From Erysipelotrichaceae bacterium (GTDB taxonomy: Bacteria > Bacillota_I > Bacilli_A > Erysipelotrichales > Erysipelotrichaceae): a stretch of DNA of 34,746 nt. Shown here piece by piece: positions 1 to 9,063 of this stretch. A program made the translations under genes and the position numbers. The stretch covers positions 1 to 34,746 of the forward strand of contig JAFOMB010000212.1 in the NCBI GenBank assembly GCA_017419065.1, read 5' to 3'. How positions within the stretch are numbered: position 1 is the stretch's first letter; each line of letters opens with the position of its first letter. The notes below the pieces were generated by a model. That model was not told the origin of the DNA. It was given only the letters and a program-made list of their open reading frames with translations, and searched no databases.

Positions 1-648
1 TCGGAAGTCTATTTTGAAGGCTGCATGCCGTTTGAAGAGATGGCCAGAAGGGGATACAAGACCCTTCTGTTCGGCCCCTGCAAGCCGGTCGGTCTCGAAC
101 ATGACGGGATACGTCCGTATGCGGTCGTCCAGCTCAGGAAGGACAATGCGATCGACACCCTCTACAATATCGTCGGTTTCCAGACCCATTTGACCTTCCC
201 GGAACAGAAGAGAGTCTTGCGTCTGATACCGGCTTTGAGGAACTGTGAGATCGTCCGCTATGGGGTCATGCACAGGAACACCTATATCAACTCTCCGAAC
301 GTCCTGAACGCGAATTATCAGATGATCCGCTATCCGAACATCTTTGTGGCCGGACAGATCTCTGGGGTGGAAGGCTATGTCGAATCGGCAGCCTCCGGTC
401 TTTACGCGGCCTTACAGATGAGCCAGTACGTACAGGGCGGCATCAAGGAGGAACTGGGTGCCGATACGATGATGGGCGCCATGTCCCACTACATCTCCGA
501 TTCCCATATCACCAAGCTCGTGCCGATGAATGCCAACTTCGGCATCTTCCGCTGTACCTTTACCGGCAATAAGAAAGAAGCCAGGAAGTACTTCGTCGAG
601 CACTCTCTGGAAGAAGTGCGGAAGTATAAGGAGAAACTCCATGGATGA
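1..648 (+). CDS. trmFO: tRNA (uracil54-C5)-methyltransferase TrmFO/Gid, C-terminal part (5' end outside window)
   Basis: Frame 1 is open from base 1 (SEVYFEGC precedes the listed Met at 25). The GQISGVEGYVESAASG and PYAVVQLRKDN segments are typical of the folate/FAD-dependent TrmFO family. It is followed by xerC, as in Bacillus-type gene order. Confidence 0.9.
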   Translation, partial: SEVYFEGCMPFEEMARRGYKTLLFGPCKPVGLEHDGIRPYAVVQLRKDNAIDTLYNIVGFQTHLTFPEQKRVLRLIPALRNCEIVRYGVMHRNTYINSPNVLNANYQMIRYPNIFVAGQISGVEGYVESAASGLYAALQMSQYVQGGIKEELGADTMMGAMSHYISDSHITKLVPMNANFGIFRCTFTGNKKEARKYFVEHSLEEVRKYKEKLHG

Positions 649-1549
649 GTACCGGGAGCGTTTTATCAGCTATATGAAGGAGAAGCGTTCCGGGTCTGCC
701 CAGACGGCAGATGCCTATTCCCGGGATGTCACACGCTTTCTGGACTATCTGAAAGAAAAGGGGATCAGCGATCTCAAAGAGGTTGACAAGCTGACAGTCT
801 ATGACTATATCGAAGAACTGCGGAGCGGCAAGATCACGAGAGGCAAGATCTCCAACGCGACCTATGCCAGGAATATGAGTGCTCTCCGCAGCTTTTACCG
901 CTACCTCTCCTTAAATCACATCGTGGAAGATAATCCCTTCCTCTCCTTCGGAAACATCCATGTGGAAAAGAACCTGCCGGATGTGCTGACCTTTGAGGAA
1001 GTGAATAATCTGTTCGACAGTTTCGATCTCGAGGATCCTCTCGAGGTGCGCAACAGGACCATCCTGGAGACGATCTACGCCTGCGGACTGCGTGTGAGCG
1101 AGTGCAGCGGACTGCTGCTGGATCATGTCGACCGGAAAGAGGGGATACTCCGGGTGACAGGAAAGGGAAACAAGGAACGCATCGTTCCCTACTATCCAAG
1201 GCTCGGAGAGCTCTTTGACCTCTATCTTTCGATGTACCGCAATGAGACAGCGAAGAAGGACTGTCCGTACTTTTTTGTCTCCAACCGGGGAGAGAAGATC
1301 TCTGTGCGCTCCATCCAGGTGATGCTGGAGGAAAGCCGTGTCCGTGCCGGTATCCGCATCCCTGTCCATCCGCATATGCTGAGGCACTCCTTCGCGACCC
1401 ATTTACTGGACAACGGAGCCGATCTGAGAAGCGTGCAGGAGCTCCTGGGACACGAGAATCTCTCGACGACACAGCTGTATACCCACCTGACCTTTGACCG
1501 TCTCAAAAAGGCCGTCAATGACGCACATCCGCACAGCAAAGAGGATTGA
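641..1549 (+). CDS. xerC: Tyrosine site-specific recombinase XerC/XerD family
   Basis: The N-terminal SAM-like domain reads ADAYSRDVTRFLDYL. The catalytic region carries R...HMLRHSFATHLL...LLGHENLSTTQLYTH (the R-H-R-H/Y tyrosine recombinase signature). I start it at ATG 641 (MDEYRERF), which overlaps the trmFO stop by 8 nt. The longer track ORF from 530 would lie inside trmFO. Confidence 0.85.
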   Translation: MDEYRERFISYMKEKRSGSAQTADAYSRDVTRFLDYLKEKGISDLKEVDKLTVYDYIEELRSGKITRGKISNATYARNMSALRSFYRYLSLNHIVEDNPFLSFGNIHVEKNLPDVLTFEEVNNLFDSFDLEDPLEVRNRTILETIYACGLRVSECSGLLLDHVDRKEGILRVTGKGNKERIVPYYPRLGELFDLYLSMYRNETAKKDCPYFFVSNRGEKISVRSIQVMLEESRVRAGIRIPVHPHMLRHSFATHLLDNGADLRSVQELLGHENLSTTQLYTHLTFDRLKKAVNDAHPHSKED

Positions 1550-1576
1550 ATTTCCTCTTTATTTTATTTTTGACTA

Positions 1577-1585
1577 TGCTATAAT
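1577..1585 (+). promoter_or_regulatory. Extended -10 element (TGcTATAAT) upstream of rpsB
   Basis: The TG-n-TATAAT read directly at 1577-1585 lies about 108 nt before the rpsB ATG. No good -35 sits at 17 nt. A TTGACT at 1570-1575 is too close to serve as its -35. Confidence 0.4.
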
Positions 1586-1692
1586 TAATAAGCATTTATG
1601 CGAATACACACACTGTGGATCGCCTGTTCCGTGCCGAAAGGTTAGCAGGTAAAGAAGCAGTGGAGGAGTAACGGAAAGAGAGGAAAATTTAA

Positions 1693-2673
1693 ATGCAGTT
1701 AGTTACAATGCGCAAACTTCTGGAGAACGGCGTCCACTTCGGACACCAGACCAGAAAATGGGATCCTAAGTGCAAACCGTTCATCTACACGGCAAAAAAC
1801 GGGATCTACATCATCGATCTGAACAAGACACAGGAAGACCTGGCTGTCGCTTATGCGAAGCTGAAAGAGATCGCTGAAAACGGCGGTAAAGTCTTATTTG
1901 TCGGAACGAAGAAACAGGCTCAGCAGATCGTCCTGGACGAAGCTACCAGAAGCGGCAGCTTCTACATCAACCAGAGATGGTTAGGCGGTACCCTGACAAA
2001 CTTCCGTACGATCCAGAAGAGAATCAAGAGACTGCTTGAGATCCAGGAAATGGAAGCTTCCGGAACGATCAATGTCTATCCGAAGAAGGAACAGGCGATC
2101 ATCCGTAAGGAAGCTGCCCGCTTAGAGAACTTCTTAGGCGGTATCAAAGATATGAAGAAGCTCCCGGACGCTGTTGTCGTCGTCGACCCGAAGGAAGACC
2201 ACAACGCTGTTGCGGAAGCCAGAAAGCTCAACATCCCGGTATTCGGCTTAGCTGATACGAACTGCGATCCGGCATTTGTCGATTACGCTGTTCCGGCTAA
2301 CGATGACGCCATCAAGTCCATCAAGCTCATGATGTCCTTACTGGCTGACGCGATCGTCGAATCCAAGGGCGGTATCCTCCAGGATGCTTATCAGGAAGGC
2401 GATGTCGAAAACGATATCACCATGGATGATGTCATCATCAACGTTGAAAAGCACGCTGAGGAACAGGAAAAGAGAAGAAGACAGAGAAACGAAGAGAGAA
2501 TGAGAAACAACCAGAACAGAAGAGGCCGTTTCAATTCCGAAAAGCGTTTCATCTCCAGAAAGGCTGAAGGAGAAGAAGCTCCGAAGGCCGAGGCTCCGAA
2601 GGCTGAAGCTGCTCCGGCAGAAGCTGCCCCGGAAGTCAAGGAAGAAGTAAAGAAAGAGGAGGTCGCAGAATAA
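1693..2673 (+). CDS. rpsB: 30S ribosomal protein S2 with long charged/Ala-Pro-Lys-Glu C-terminal tail
   Basis: [18 protein letters not shown] and [33 protein letters not shown] are canonical S2 motifs. An RBS (agaggaaa) precedes the ATG. The gene is followed by tsf. Confidence 0.95.
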   Translation: MQLVTMRKLLENGVHFGHQTRKWDPKCKPFIYTAKNGIYIIDLNKTQEDLAVAYAKLKEIAENGGKVLFVGTKKQAQQIVLDEATRSGSFYINQRWLGGTLTNFRTIQKRIKRLLEIQEMEASGTINVYPKKEQAIIRKEAARLENFLGGIKDMKKLPDAVVVVDPKEDHNAVAEARKLNIPVFGLADTNCDPAFVDYAVPANDDAIKSIKLMMSLLADAIVESKGGILQDAYQEGDVENDITMDDVIINVEKHAEEQEKRRRQRNEERMRNNQNRRGRFNSEKRFISRKAEGEEAPKAEAPKAEAAPAEAAPEVKEEVKKEEVAE

Positions 2674-3560
2674 TGGCGGTTACAGCTGCACAAGTCAAGG
2701 AATTACGTGAAATGACCGGTGCGGGCATGATGGATTGCAAGAATGCCCTGAAAGAAACCGACGGCGATATGGAAAAGGCCATTGACTGGTTAAGAGAAAA
2801 GGGTATCGCAAAATCTGCCAAGAAATCTTCCCGTATCGCAGCCGAAGGCTTATCCAAAATCGCTATCGACGGCAACAAGGCTGTCATCGTTGAGATCAAC
2901 TCCGAGACAGACTTCGTCGCCAAGAACGAACAGTTCCTGACTCTGCTGGACTGTGTTGCCAAGACTATCCTGGCTGCAGAGCCGGCTGACAATGAAGCAG
3001 CTCTCGCTTTACCGGTAAACGGACACACACTGAACGATGAATTCGTCAATGCGACAGCTACTATCGGTGAAAAGATCGCGTTAAGAAGATTTGCCGTTGT
3101 CAGGAAGGCTGATGATGAGATCTTCGGTGATTACACTCATAACGGCGGTGCCAGAACAGCTCTCGTCGTCATGAAGGGCGGCGATGCCGAACTGGCTCAC
3201 CACATCGCCATGCAGATCGCTTCCATGACACCGACCTATGTCCGTGAAACAGACATGCCGTCCGAGATCGTTGAACGTGAAAGAAACGTTCAGACACAGA
3301 TCGTCATGAATGATGAAAAGTTCGCCGGCAAGCCGGAAAAAGTCATCCAGGGCGCGATCGAAGGAAAGATCTCGAAAGCATTAAAGGAAATGTGCCTGGT
3401 CGATCAGGAATACTTCCTGGATTCTTCCAAGAAAGTCTCCGCTGTTCTTAAGGAGAATGGTGCTGATGTCCGCTGCTTTGTCAGATACACTGTCGGTGAA
3501 GGCATCGAAAAGAGAGAAGAGAATTTCGCAGAAGAAGTTGCGAAGCAGATGGGTAACTAA
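2673..3560 (+). CDS. tsf: Translation elongation factor Ts
   Basis: The N-terminal UBA-like motif is ITAAQVKELREMTGAGMMDCKNAL and the core contains INSETDFVAKNEQF. The ATG shares one base with the rpsB TAA (TAATG). Confidence 0.95.
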   Translation: MAVTAAQVKELREMTGAGMMDCKNALKETDGDMEKAIDWLREKGIAKSAKKSSRIAAEGLSKIAIDGNKAVIVEINSETDFVAKNEQFLTLLDCVAKTILAAEPADNEAALALPVNGHTLNDEFVNATATIGEKIALRRFAVVRKADDEIFGDYTHNGGARTALVVMKGGDAELAHHIAMQIASMTPTYVRETDMPSEIVERERNVQTQIVMNDEKFAGKPEKVIQGAIEGKISKALKEMCLVDQEYFLDSSKKVSAVLKENGADVRCFVRYTVGEGIEKREENFAEEVAKQMGN

Positions 3561-3586
3561 AAGGACATTTTCAATGTCCTTTTTTC
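3561..3586 (+). terminator. Rho-independent terminator/attenuator between tsf and pyrH
   Basis: AAGGACATT-ttc-AATGTCCTT forms a 9-bp stem, followed by a T run (3580-3585). Confidence 0.6.
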
Positions 3587-3602
3587 TAACGGAGGTTTTG
3601 TT

Positions 3603-4310
3603 ATGTATAAACGTATCTTACTGAAACTCAGCGGAGAAGCTTTAGGTTCCAAAGAGAACGTCTTCGATATCGATGTCATGTCTGCCTTGGGCGCACAGAT
3701 CCGCAAGATCGTAGAAGAAGGCTGTGAAGTCGGCATCGTTGTCGGCGGCGGCAACCTCGTCAGAGGAAAACAGTTTGAAAAGATCGGTCTCGACAGAGTC
3801 GCATCCGATCATATCGGCATGCTGGGAACGACACTGAACGCGATGGTCCTGGCAGCTGCTTTAGAGAAAAACGGCGTGTCCGCCAAGGTCATGTCCGCAA
3901 CCCAGGTCGACGGTGTCGAGGGGATCGATGTCGAAAAGGCCAGAAAGCTCCTGAAGGAAAAGACAGTCGTCATCTTCGGCGGCGGTGTCGGCGAACCGTA
4001 TTTCTCTACGGATACCGGCAGTGCGCTGCGTGCCAGCGAGATCAAAGCCGAGGTCATCTTCATGGCCAAGAACGGGGTAGACGGTGTCTATGATTCCGAT
4101 CCGGATTCCAACCCGAACGCCAAACGGTTTGAGGAACTGAGCTTTGATGATATACTGAAATTGAATCTCAAGGTGATCGATCAGACTGCTGCCAGCTTAT
4201 GCAAGGACAACGGCATAGATGCCTTCGTCTTCAACATGTCGGAAGAAGACAACATCTATAAAGCTGTGACCGGAAAAGCAGTCGGTACGGTCATCCATTC
4301 CGGAAAATAG
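3603..4310 (+). CDS. pyrH: UMP kinase
   Basis: YKRILLKLSGEAL and VGIVVGGGNLVRG are the amino-acid-kinase fold signatures of PyrH. A GGAGG RBS lies at 3591-3595. The position between tsf and frr is the conserved one. Confidence 0.95.
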   Translation: MYKRILLKLSGEALGSKENVFDIDVMSALGAQIRKIVEEGCEVGIVVGGGNLVRGKQFEKIGLDRVASDHIGMLGTTLNAMVLAAALEKNGVSAKVMSATQVDGVEGIDVEKARKLLKEKTVVIFGGGVGEPYFSTDTGSALRASEIKAEVIFMAKNGVDGVYDSDPDSNPNAKRFEELSFDDILKLNLKVIDQTAASLCKDNGIDAFVFNMSEEDNIYKAVTGKAVGTVIHSGK

Positions 4311-4319
4311 GAGGCATTT

Positions 4320-4865
4320 ATGGAAGAATTCGTTTTACTGGCGGAAGAGAAGATGGAGAAGACAGTCGATGTCTTTGAAAAGAACCTGACGAAGGTCAGA
4401 ACAGGCAGAGCCAATCCGAATATGCTGGATGGCATTGAAGTCGACTACTATGGATCTCCGACTCCGATCAACCAGATCGCATCCATCAATGTTCAGGAAG
4501 GCAGAACACTGGTGATCAAGCCATATGACAGAAATTCTCTGAAGGATATCGAAAGAGCGATCAACACGTCTGACCTGCATTTACCGCCGCTCAATGACGG
4601 TACGGTCATCCGTTTAAGCGTTCCGCAGCTGACGGAAGAGACCCGTAAGGGATACTGCAAGGACGTCGACAAGATGGCAGAAGAAGCCAAGGTCGGCATC
4701 CGCAACGTCCGCCGCGATACCAATGACAGTATCAAGAAAGACAAGACGATCCCGGAGGATACCTCCAAGGACCTTCTGAAAGAGGTCCAGGATCTCACCG
4801 ACAGCTTCATCAAGAAGATCGAGGAGATCGCTAAGGCAAAACAAAAAGAAATAATGACGATTTAA
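4320..4865 (+). CDS. frr: Ribosome recycling factor
   Basis: The call rests on VRTGRANPNMLDGIEVDYYGSPTPINQIASI and IRNVRRD, an AGGAGG RBS, and conserved context. Confidence 0.95.
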   Translation: MEEFVLLAEEKMEKTVDVFEKNLTKVRTGRANPNMLDGIEVDYYGSPTPINQIASINVQEGRTLVIKPYDRNSLKDIERAINTSDLHLPPLNDGTVIRLSVPQLTEETRKGYCKDVDKMAEEAKVGIRNVRRDTNDSIKKDKTIPEDTSKDLLKEVQDLTDSFIKKIEEIAKAKQKEIMTI

Positions 4866-5578
4866 TGGACAACACACTTCAGCATATAGCGGTCATTATG
4901 GACGGTAATGGCCGCTGGGCAAAGAAACAGCATAAGATACGGACCTTCGGCCATAAGAAAGGTGTCGAACAGGTCCGGGAAATTGCCATACACGCCAGCG
5001 AGTTAGGTATCAAATGCCTGACTCTTTATGCGTTTTCGACAGAGAACTGGAAAAGACCGGAGAAGGAAGTGAACTACATCATGTCTCTTCCGAAGGTCTT
5101 CTTTTCCAAGTATCTGAAGGAACTCATGGAAAACAACATCCGTGTCATGATGATCGGAGATGAGGGAAGGATCCCGGAAGAAGCCATGAGCATCTTCCGT
5201 CAGGCGATCAAAGAGACCTCCGGGAATACCGGGATGATCCTCAACTTCGCGGTCAACTACGGCGGAAGGGATGAGATCGTACGGGCAGCCAAGGCCTATG
5301 CGGAAGACTATAAGGAGGGGAAGGTGACAGACCTCGATGAAGAGAGCTTTGCCTCTTACCTCTATACCGGCGGTCTTCCGGAAGTCGATCTGCTCATCCG
5401 CACCAGTCATGAACTCCGCCTTTCCAACTTCCTCTTATATCAGCTGGCCTACAGTGAAATGATCTTTACCGAGACGCTCTGGCCGGATTTCACACCGGAA
5501 GAGCTGGACAGATGTATCGAGGAATACGGAAGACGCAAGAGAAGATTCGGAGGTGTCGATGAAACAGAGAGTGATTAG
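4865..5578 (+). CDS. uppS: Undecaprenyl-diphosphate synthase (cis-prenyltransferase)
   Basis: HIAVIMDGNGRWAKK and LLIRTSHELRLSNFLLYQLAYSE are UppS signatures. The ATG shares a base with the frr TAA. Confidence 0.93.
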   Translation: MDNTLQHIAVIMDGNGRWAKKQHKIRTFGHKKGVEQVREIAIHASELGIKCLTLYAFSTENWKRPEKEVNYIMSLPKVFFSKYLKELMENNIRVMMIGDEGRIPEEAMSIFRQAIKETSGNTGMILNFAVNYGGRDEIVRAAKAYAEDYKEGKVTDLDEESFASYLYTGGLPEVDLLIRTSHELRLSNFLLYQLAYSEMIFTETLWPDFTPEELDRCIEEYGRRKRRFGGVDETESD

Positions 5579-6320
5579 CGGCTTTATCGTCGCGGTGATA
5601 AGCTTCGGAGCAGCCCTGCTGGGCGGCTATCCGCTGTATGCCGTACTGGCCTTTGTGGGTTTCTACGGTCCCTATGAGATCATCTCCATCCGCAACAAGG
5701 AATCCAACAAATCCCTCTACTTCGCGATGATCCTCTACATCGCTGCCATCGTCTTTTTCCCGCAGCGCTCTGCCGGGATCACGATCCTGTTCATCATCAC
5801 GCTGTTCTACCTGGCCATCGCCATCGAGAACATCTCCCTGTCGGATATCTCCTGTTCCCTGACGCTGACGATGATCATCGCCTATGCGATCTCGGGAGCC
5901 ATACGTCTGTCCGCCATGAACCGGTATATCCTGGTGTATTTGATGCTGACGGGTTATGCGGCCGATACCTTTGCTTTCTTCGTCGGAAGGCGCTTCGGAA
6001 AGCACAAGCTCATCGAGCGCGTTTCTCCGAACAAGACCGTGGAAGGGGCGATCGGAGGCTGGTTCTTCTCTTCGCTGTTCTCCATCCTCTTAGGATATCT
6101 GTGCGGCTGGTTCGGCTTTGCGACATGGTTCGTCATTGTCAACTCCCTCGTGCTTCCGGTCGTCTCGGAACTCGGGGACCTCTCTTTCAGCTTCGTGAAG
6201 CGCAATTACGGCGTCAAGGACTTCTCGAATCTGATCCCGGGACACGGCGGTCTGCTTGACCGTATCGATTCCTTATTACTCTGCCTGCTGTTTTTCAGCT
6301 CTATGGTTTCCTTTTTATGA
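5559..6320 (+). CDS. cdsA: Phosphatidate cytidylyltransferase (CDP-diglyceride synthase)
   Basis: This is a multi-TM protein with the CdsA signature SFVKRNYGVKDFSNLIPGHGGLLDRIDS. I prefer ATG 5559 (GGAGG at 5549-5553, 5-nt spacing) over the GTG at 5553 used by the ORF track. It overlaps the uppS 3' end. Confidence 0.85.
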   Translation: MKQRVISGFIVAVISFGAALLGGYPLYAVLAFVGFYGPYEIISIRNKESNKSLYFAMILYIAAIVFFPQRSAGITILFIITLFYLAIAIENISLSDISCSLTLTMIIAYAISGAIRLSAMNRYILVYLMLTGYAADTFAFFVGRRFGKHKLIERVSPNKTVEGAIGGWFFSSLFSILLGYLCGWFGFATWFVIVNSLVLPVVSELGDLSFSFVKRNYGVKDFSNLIPGHGGLLDRIDSLLLCLLFFSSMVSFL

Positions 6321-7462
6321 AAAAAATACTTTTATTAGGTGCCAGCGGTTCCATCGGCACCCAGACAGTCGATATCATCCGTTCTCATCCGGAAGAGCTG
6401 CAGCTCGTCGGAGCGAGTGTCGGAAAGAACAGAGAATATCTGGAGAGCCTTCTTCAGACTTTTTCTCTGGAATACGTCTACTGCATCGATACGGATCTTG
6501 AACTGGAGAGCCGTTATCCGAATACCCGCTTCTACTTCGGAAGCGATGGACTCAACCGCATCGTCAAAGAAGAAAGCTATGACCTCTTAGTCAATGCCTT
6601 AGTGGGCTTTGCGGGCTTCAAGCCGACGTTATTAGCGATCAATGAAGGCAAGAACATCGCCCTGGCCAATAAAGAGACCCTGGTCGCCGGAGGCGATATC
6701 ATCATGAAGGCGGTGAAAGAGAAGGGGGTCGATCTCTATCCGATCGATTCCGAACACTCGGCCATCTTCCAGTGTCTGCAGGGACATGAAAAGAAGGATG
6801 TCAGAAGGCTCATCATCACCGGTTCCGGAGGCTCCTTCCGCGATCTCAAAAGAGAAGAACTGGCGGATGTGACTTTAAAGGATGCCCTGAAGCATCCGGT
6901 GTGGTCCATGGGCGCCAAGATCACCATCGATTCCGCCACCATGATGAACAAGGGCTTTGAAGTCATGGAAGCCCATCATCTCTTCGATATCGACTACGAC
7001 CATATCGATGTCATCCTGCACAAGCAGTCCATCGTCCACTCCATGGTGGAATACGAAGACGGATCCACGATCGCGCAGCTCGGAGCTCCGGATATGCATC
7101 TGGCTATCAAATACGCCCTCTTATATCCGCGCCACAAGGCCGATGAGAAGACGAGCCGTCTTGACTGGGATATGCTGACCTCCCTCGATTTCAAGAAGAT
7201 GGACTACAAGCGCTATCCGCTCGTCAAACTGGCGAAGGATGTCGGGAAGTACGGAGGAAACTTCGGAGCGATCCTGATCGGGGCCAATGACGAAGCTGTC
7301 TCGCTCTTCCTCCATGAGAGGATCAAGTTCTGCGAGATCGAATCCTATATCTTCCGCACCCTGGAAGCTGCCCGTTTCGTGAAGGATCCGGAACCGGAAG
7401 AGATCATCCGGGCCAATCAGTGGGCCATTGAATATGTCGATTCCCTCTGGGCCAACTCCTGA
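6317..7462 (+). CDS. dxr: 1-deoxy-D-xylulose 5-phosphate reductoisomerase
   Basis: The call rests on LLGASGSIGTQTVDI (NADPH site), LANKETLV, PIDSEHSAIFQCL and MNKGFEVMEAHHLF. It overlaps cdsA by ATGA. Confidence 0.95.
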   Translation: MKKILLLGASGSIGTQTVDIIRSHPEELQLVGASVGKNREYLESLLQTFSLEYVYCIDTDLELESRYPNTRFYFGSDGLNRIVKEESYDLLVNALVGFAGFKPTLLAINEGKNIALANKETLVAGGDIIMKAVKEKGVDLYPIDSEHSAIFQCLQGHEKKDVRRLIITGSGGSFRDLKREELADVTLKDALKHPVWSMGAKITIDSATMMNKGFEVMEAHHLFDIDYDHIDVILHKQSIVHSMVEYEDGSTIAQLGAPDMHLAIKYALLYPRHKADEKTSRLDWDMLTSLDFKKMDYKRYPLVKLAKDVGKYGGNFGAILIGANDEAVSLFLHERIKFCEIESYIFRTLEAARFVKDPEPEEIIRANQWAIEYVDSLWANS

Positions 7463-7489
7463 ACGGAAGGCCCATAGTTATTTATCAAG

Positions 7490-8575
7490 TTGATTATGTT
7501 GAGTATCAAAGCTATACTGCTGTTTATTGTACTGTTATCAGTCATCGTCATCGTTCATGAATGCGGACACCTGATCGTGGCCAAGCTTTTCGATGTCTAT
7601 TGTCAGGAATTCTCCGTCGGCATGGGACCAAAGCTCTTCTCTGTAAAGGGGAAGGAAACGGAATACGCCTTACGGGCGATCCCGTTCGGGGGCTTTGTCG
7701 CCATGGCCGGGGATACCGACAATGAACTGGAGACTACTGTCGATACCGAAAACATCCCGAAGGAGAGGACGCTGCCGGGCATCGCGCCTTGGAAGAGGAT
7801 CCTCGTCATGATTGCCGGCATCGTCATGAACATCCTGCTGGCGACCGTGATCATGTCTCTGGTCCTGCTTCATATCGGCCAGTATTCCGTCTCCCCGGAG
7901 GCCTATATCAATACCGTTTCTCCGAACTCTCCTGCAGAGGCGGCCGGTCTGAAGGACGGTGACAGGATCCTCCATGCGGAACTGGAAAACGGCACATCCA
8001 TTGCGCCGAAGACCTTCATGGAACTCAGTGCTTTCTTAGATACCTATGACGGCGTCGGAAAGATCTATCTGGAAGTGGAGAGAGAAGGGGAGACCCTCAA
8101 CATCTCCGTCAAGCCGGAATACGACCAGAAAGAGGAGAGATACCTGATGGGCATCACCTCCAATCCCTATACCCTGGTGGAAGTCAACTGGAAGAACTGT
8201 CTCCATTACGCGATCGATCATCTCTCCATGATGACCTCACTGCTGATCTCTTCTTTACTCAACATCTTCCGGGGTGTCGGTCTCAAGAATCTCTCAGGAC
8301 CGATCGGCGTCTATACGACGACAGCCCAGGCAGTCGAGATGGGGGCCCTCTACTACTTCCAGCTCATGGCGATGATCTCCCTCAATGTCGGGATATTCAA
8401 CGCCCTGCCTTTACCGGTCCTGGATGGAGGAAGGGTCTTACTGACGTTTATTGAAATGATCATCGGACGTCCGATCCCGGAAAAGGTGCAGAACGCGATC
8501 ATGTCTGTCTCGGTCGTCCTGGTCCTGCTTCTGTTTGTCTTCGTGACCTTCCAGGATGTCCTGAAGCTCTTCTAG
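7490..8575 (+). CDS. rseP: RIP site-2 zinc metalloprotease RseP/RasP
   Basis: It carries HECGH (HExxH) in TM1, a PDZ-like segment (SPNSPAEAAGLKDGDRI) and the C-terminal NALPLPVLDGG motif. The start is ambiguous between TTG 7490 and ATG 7496, and neither has a clear SD. Confidence 0.85.
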   Translation: MIMLSIKAILLFIVLLSVIVIVHECGHLIVAKLFDVYCQEFSVGMGPKLFSVKGKETEYALRAIPFGGFVAMAGDTDNELETTVDTENIPKERTLPGIAPWKRILVMIAGIVMNILLATVIMSLVLLHIGQYSVSPEAYINTVSPNSPAEAAGLKDGDRILHAELENGTSIAPKTFMELSAFLDTYDGVGKIYLEVEREGETLNISVKPEYDQKEERYLMGITSNPYTLVEVNWKNCLHYAIDHLSMMTSLLISSLLNIFRGVGLKNLSGPIGVYTTTAQAVEMGALYYFQLMAMISLNVGIFNALPLPVLDGGRVLLTFIEMIIGRPIPEKVQNAIMSVSVVLVLLLFVFVTFQDVLKLF

Positions 8576-8583
8576 GAGGATCT

Positions 8584-9054
8584 ATGTTAGGAAAATATAT
8601 ATTAGTATTTCTGATATCCATGGTACCGCTGGTCGAACTCAGAGGGGCGCTGCCTTACGCTGCCTATCTGGGTCTCCCGGTGATACCTTCCTATATCGTC
8701 GCCGTCATCGGGAACATGCTGCCGGTGCCGGTCATCTATCTCTTCGCCAGAAAGGTCCTGGAATGGGGCAAGGATAAGCCGTACATCGGAAAGTTCTTCA
8801 CCTTCTGCCTCGAGAAGGGGGAAAAGGCCGGAAGGAAACTGCAGGCAAAAGCGGGAAGAGGACTCTTCCTGGCCCTGCTTCTGTTTGTCGGCATCCCGAT
8901 CCCGGGCACAGGCGCCTGGACGGGAACACTCGGCGCTTCCATGCTGGGACTCGGTTTCAGGAAGTCCACAGCAGCTGTCATGCTGGGAGTCCTGCTGGCA
9001 GGGGTCATCATGCTGTCGGCAGCTACCGGCGTATTCAGAATCATTGGCATCTAG
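8584..9054 (+). CDS. Small membrane protein of the putative small multidrug-export family (COG2426-like)
   Basis: The 156-aa protein has about 4 TM segments. The N-terminal PLVELRGALPYA motif and the C-terminal GIPIPGTGAWTG are as I recall for this family. AGGAGGA RBS. Confidence 0.65.
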   Translation: MLGKYILVFLISMVPLVELRGALPYAAYLGLPVIPSYIVAVIGNMLPVPVIYLFARKVLEWGKDKPYIGKFFTFCLEKGEKAGRKLQAKAGRGLFLALLLFVGIPIPGTGAWTGTLGASMLGLGFRKSTAAVMLGVLLAGVIMLSAATGVFRIIGI

Positions 9055-9063
9055 GAGGAATCT

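Noticed and set aside
530-640. A longer xerC start at 530 (339-aa version).
   Set aside because: The extra 37 codons lie inside the trmFO coding frame and encode a Ser/Pro-rich peptide unlike recombinase N-termini. ATG 641 gives the usual N-terminus and an 8-nt overlap with trmFO.
834-1472. Multiple 60-212 aa antisense or out-of-frame ORFs inside well-supported genes. Examples: 834-1472(-), 5490-6005(-), 8602-9180(-), 11493-11990(-), 18067-18555(-), 27802-28401(-), 29763-30371(-).
   Set aside because: Each is fully embedded in a gene with strong family motifs on the other strand or frame. Their compositions are Arg/Ser/Gly/His-rich and they lack RBSs. I treat them as codon-bias artefacts, and no evidence for overlapping genes can be obtained from sequence alone.
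641-1549. A tyrosine recombinase as a marker of an integrated mobile element.
   Set aside because: It sits in the conserved trmFO-xerC housekeeping context and overlaps trmFO. I saw no flanking phage, transposase or att-like repeats. It is best read as the chromosome-dimer-resolution recombinase.
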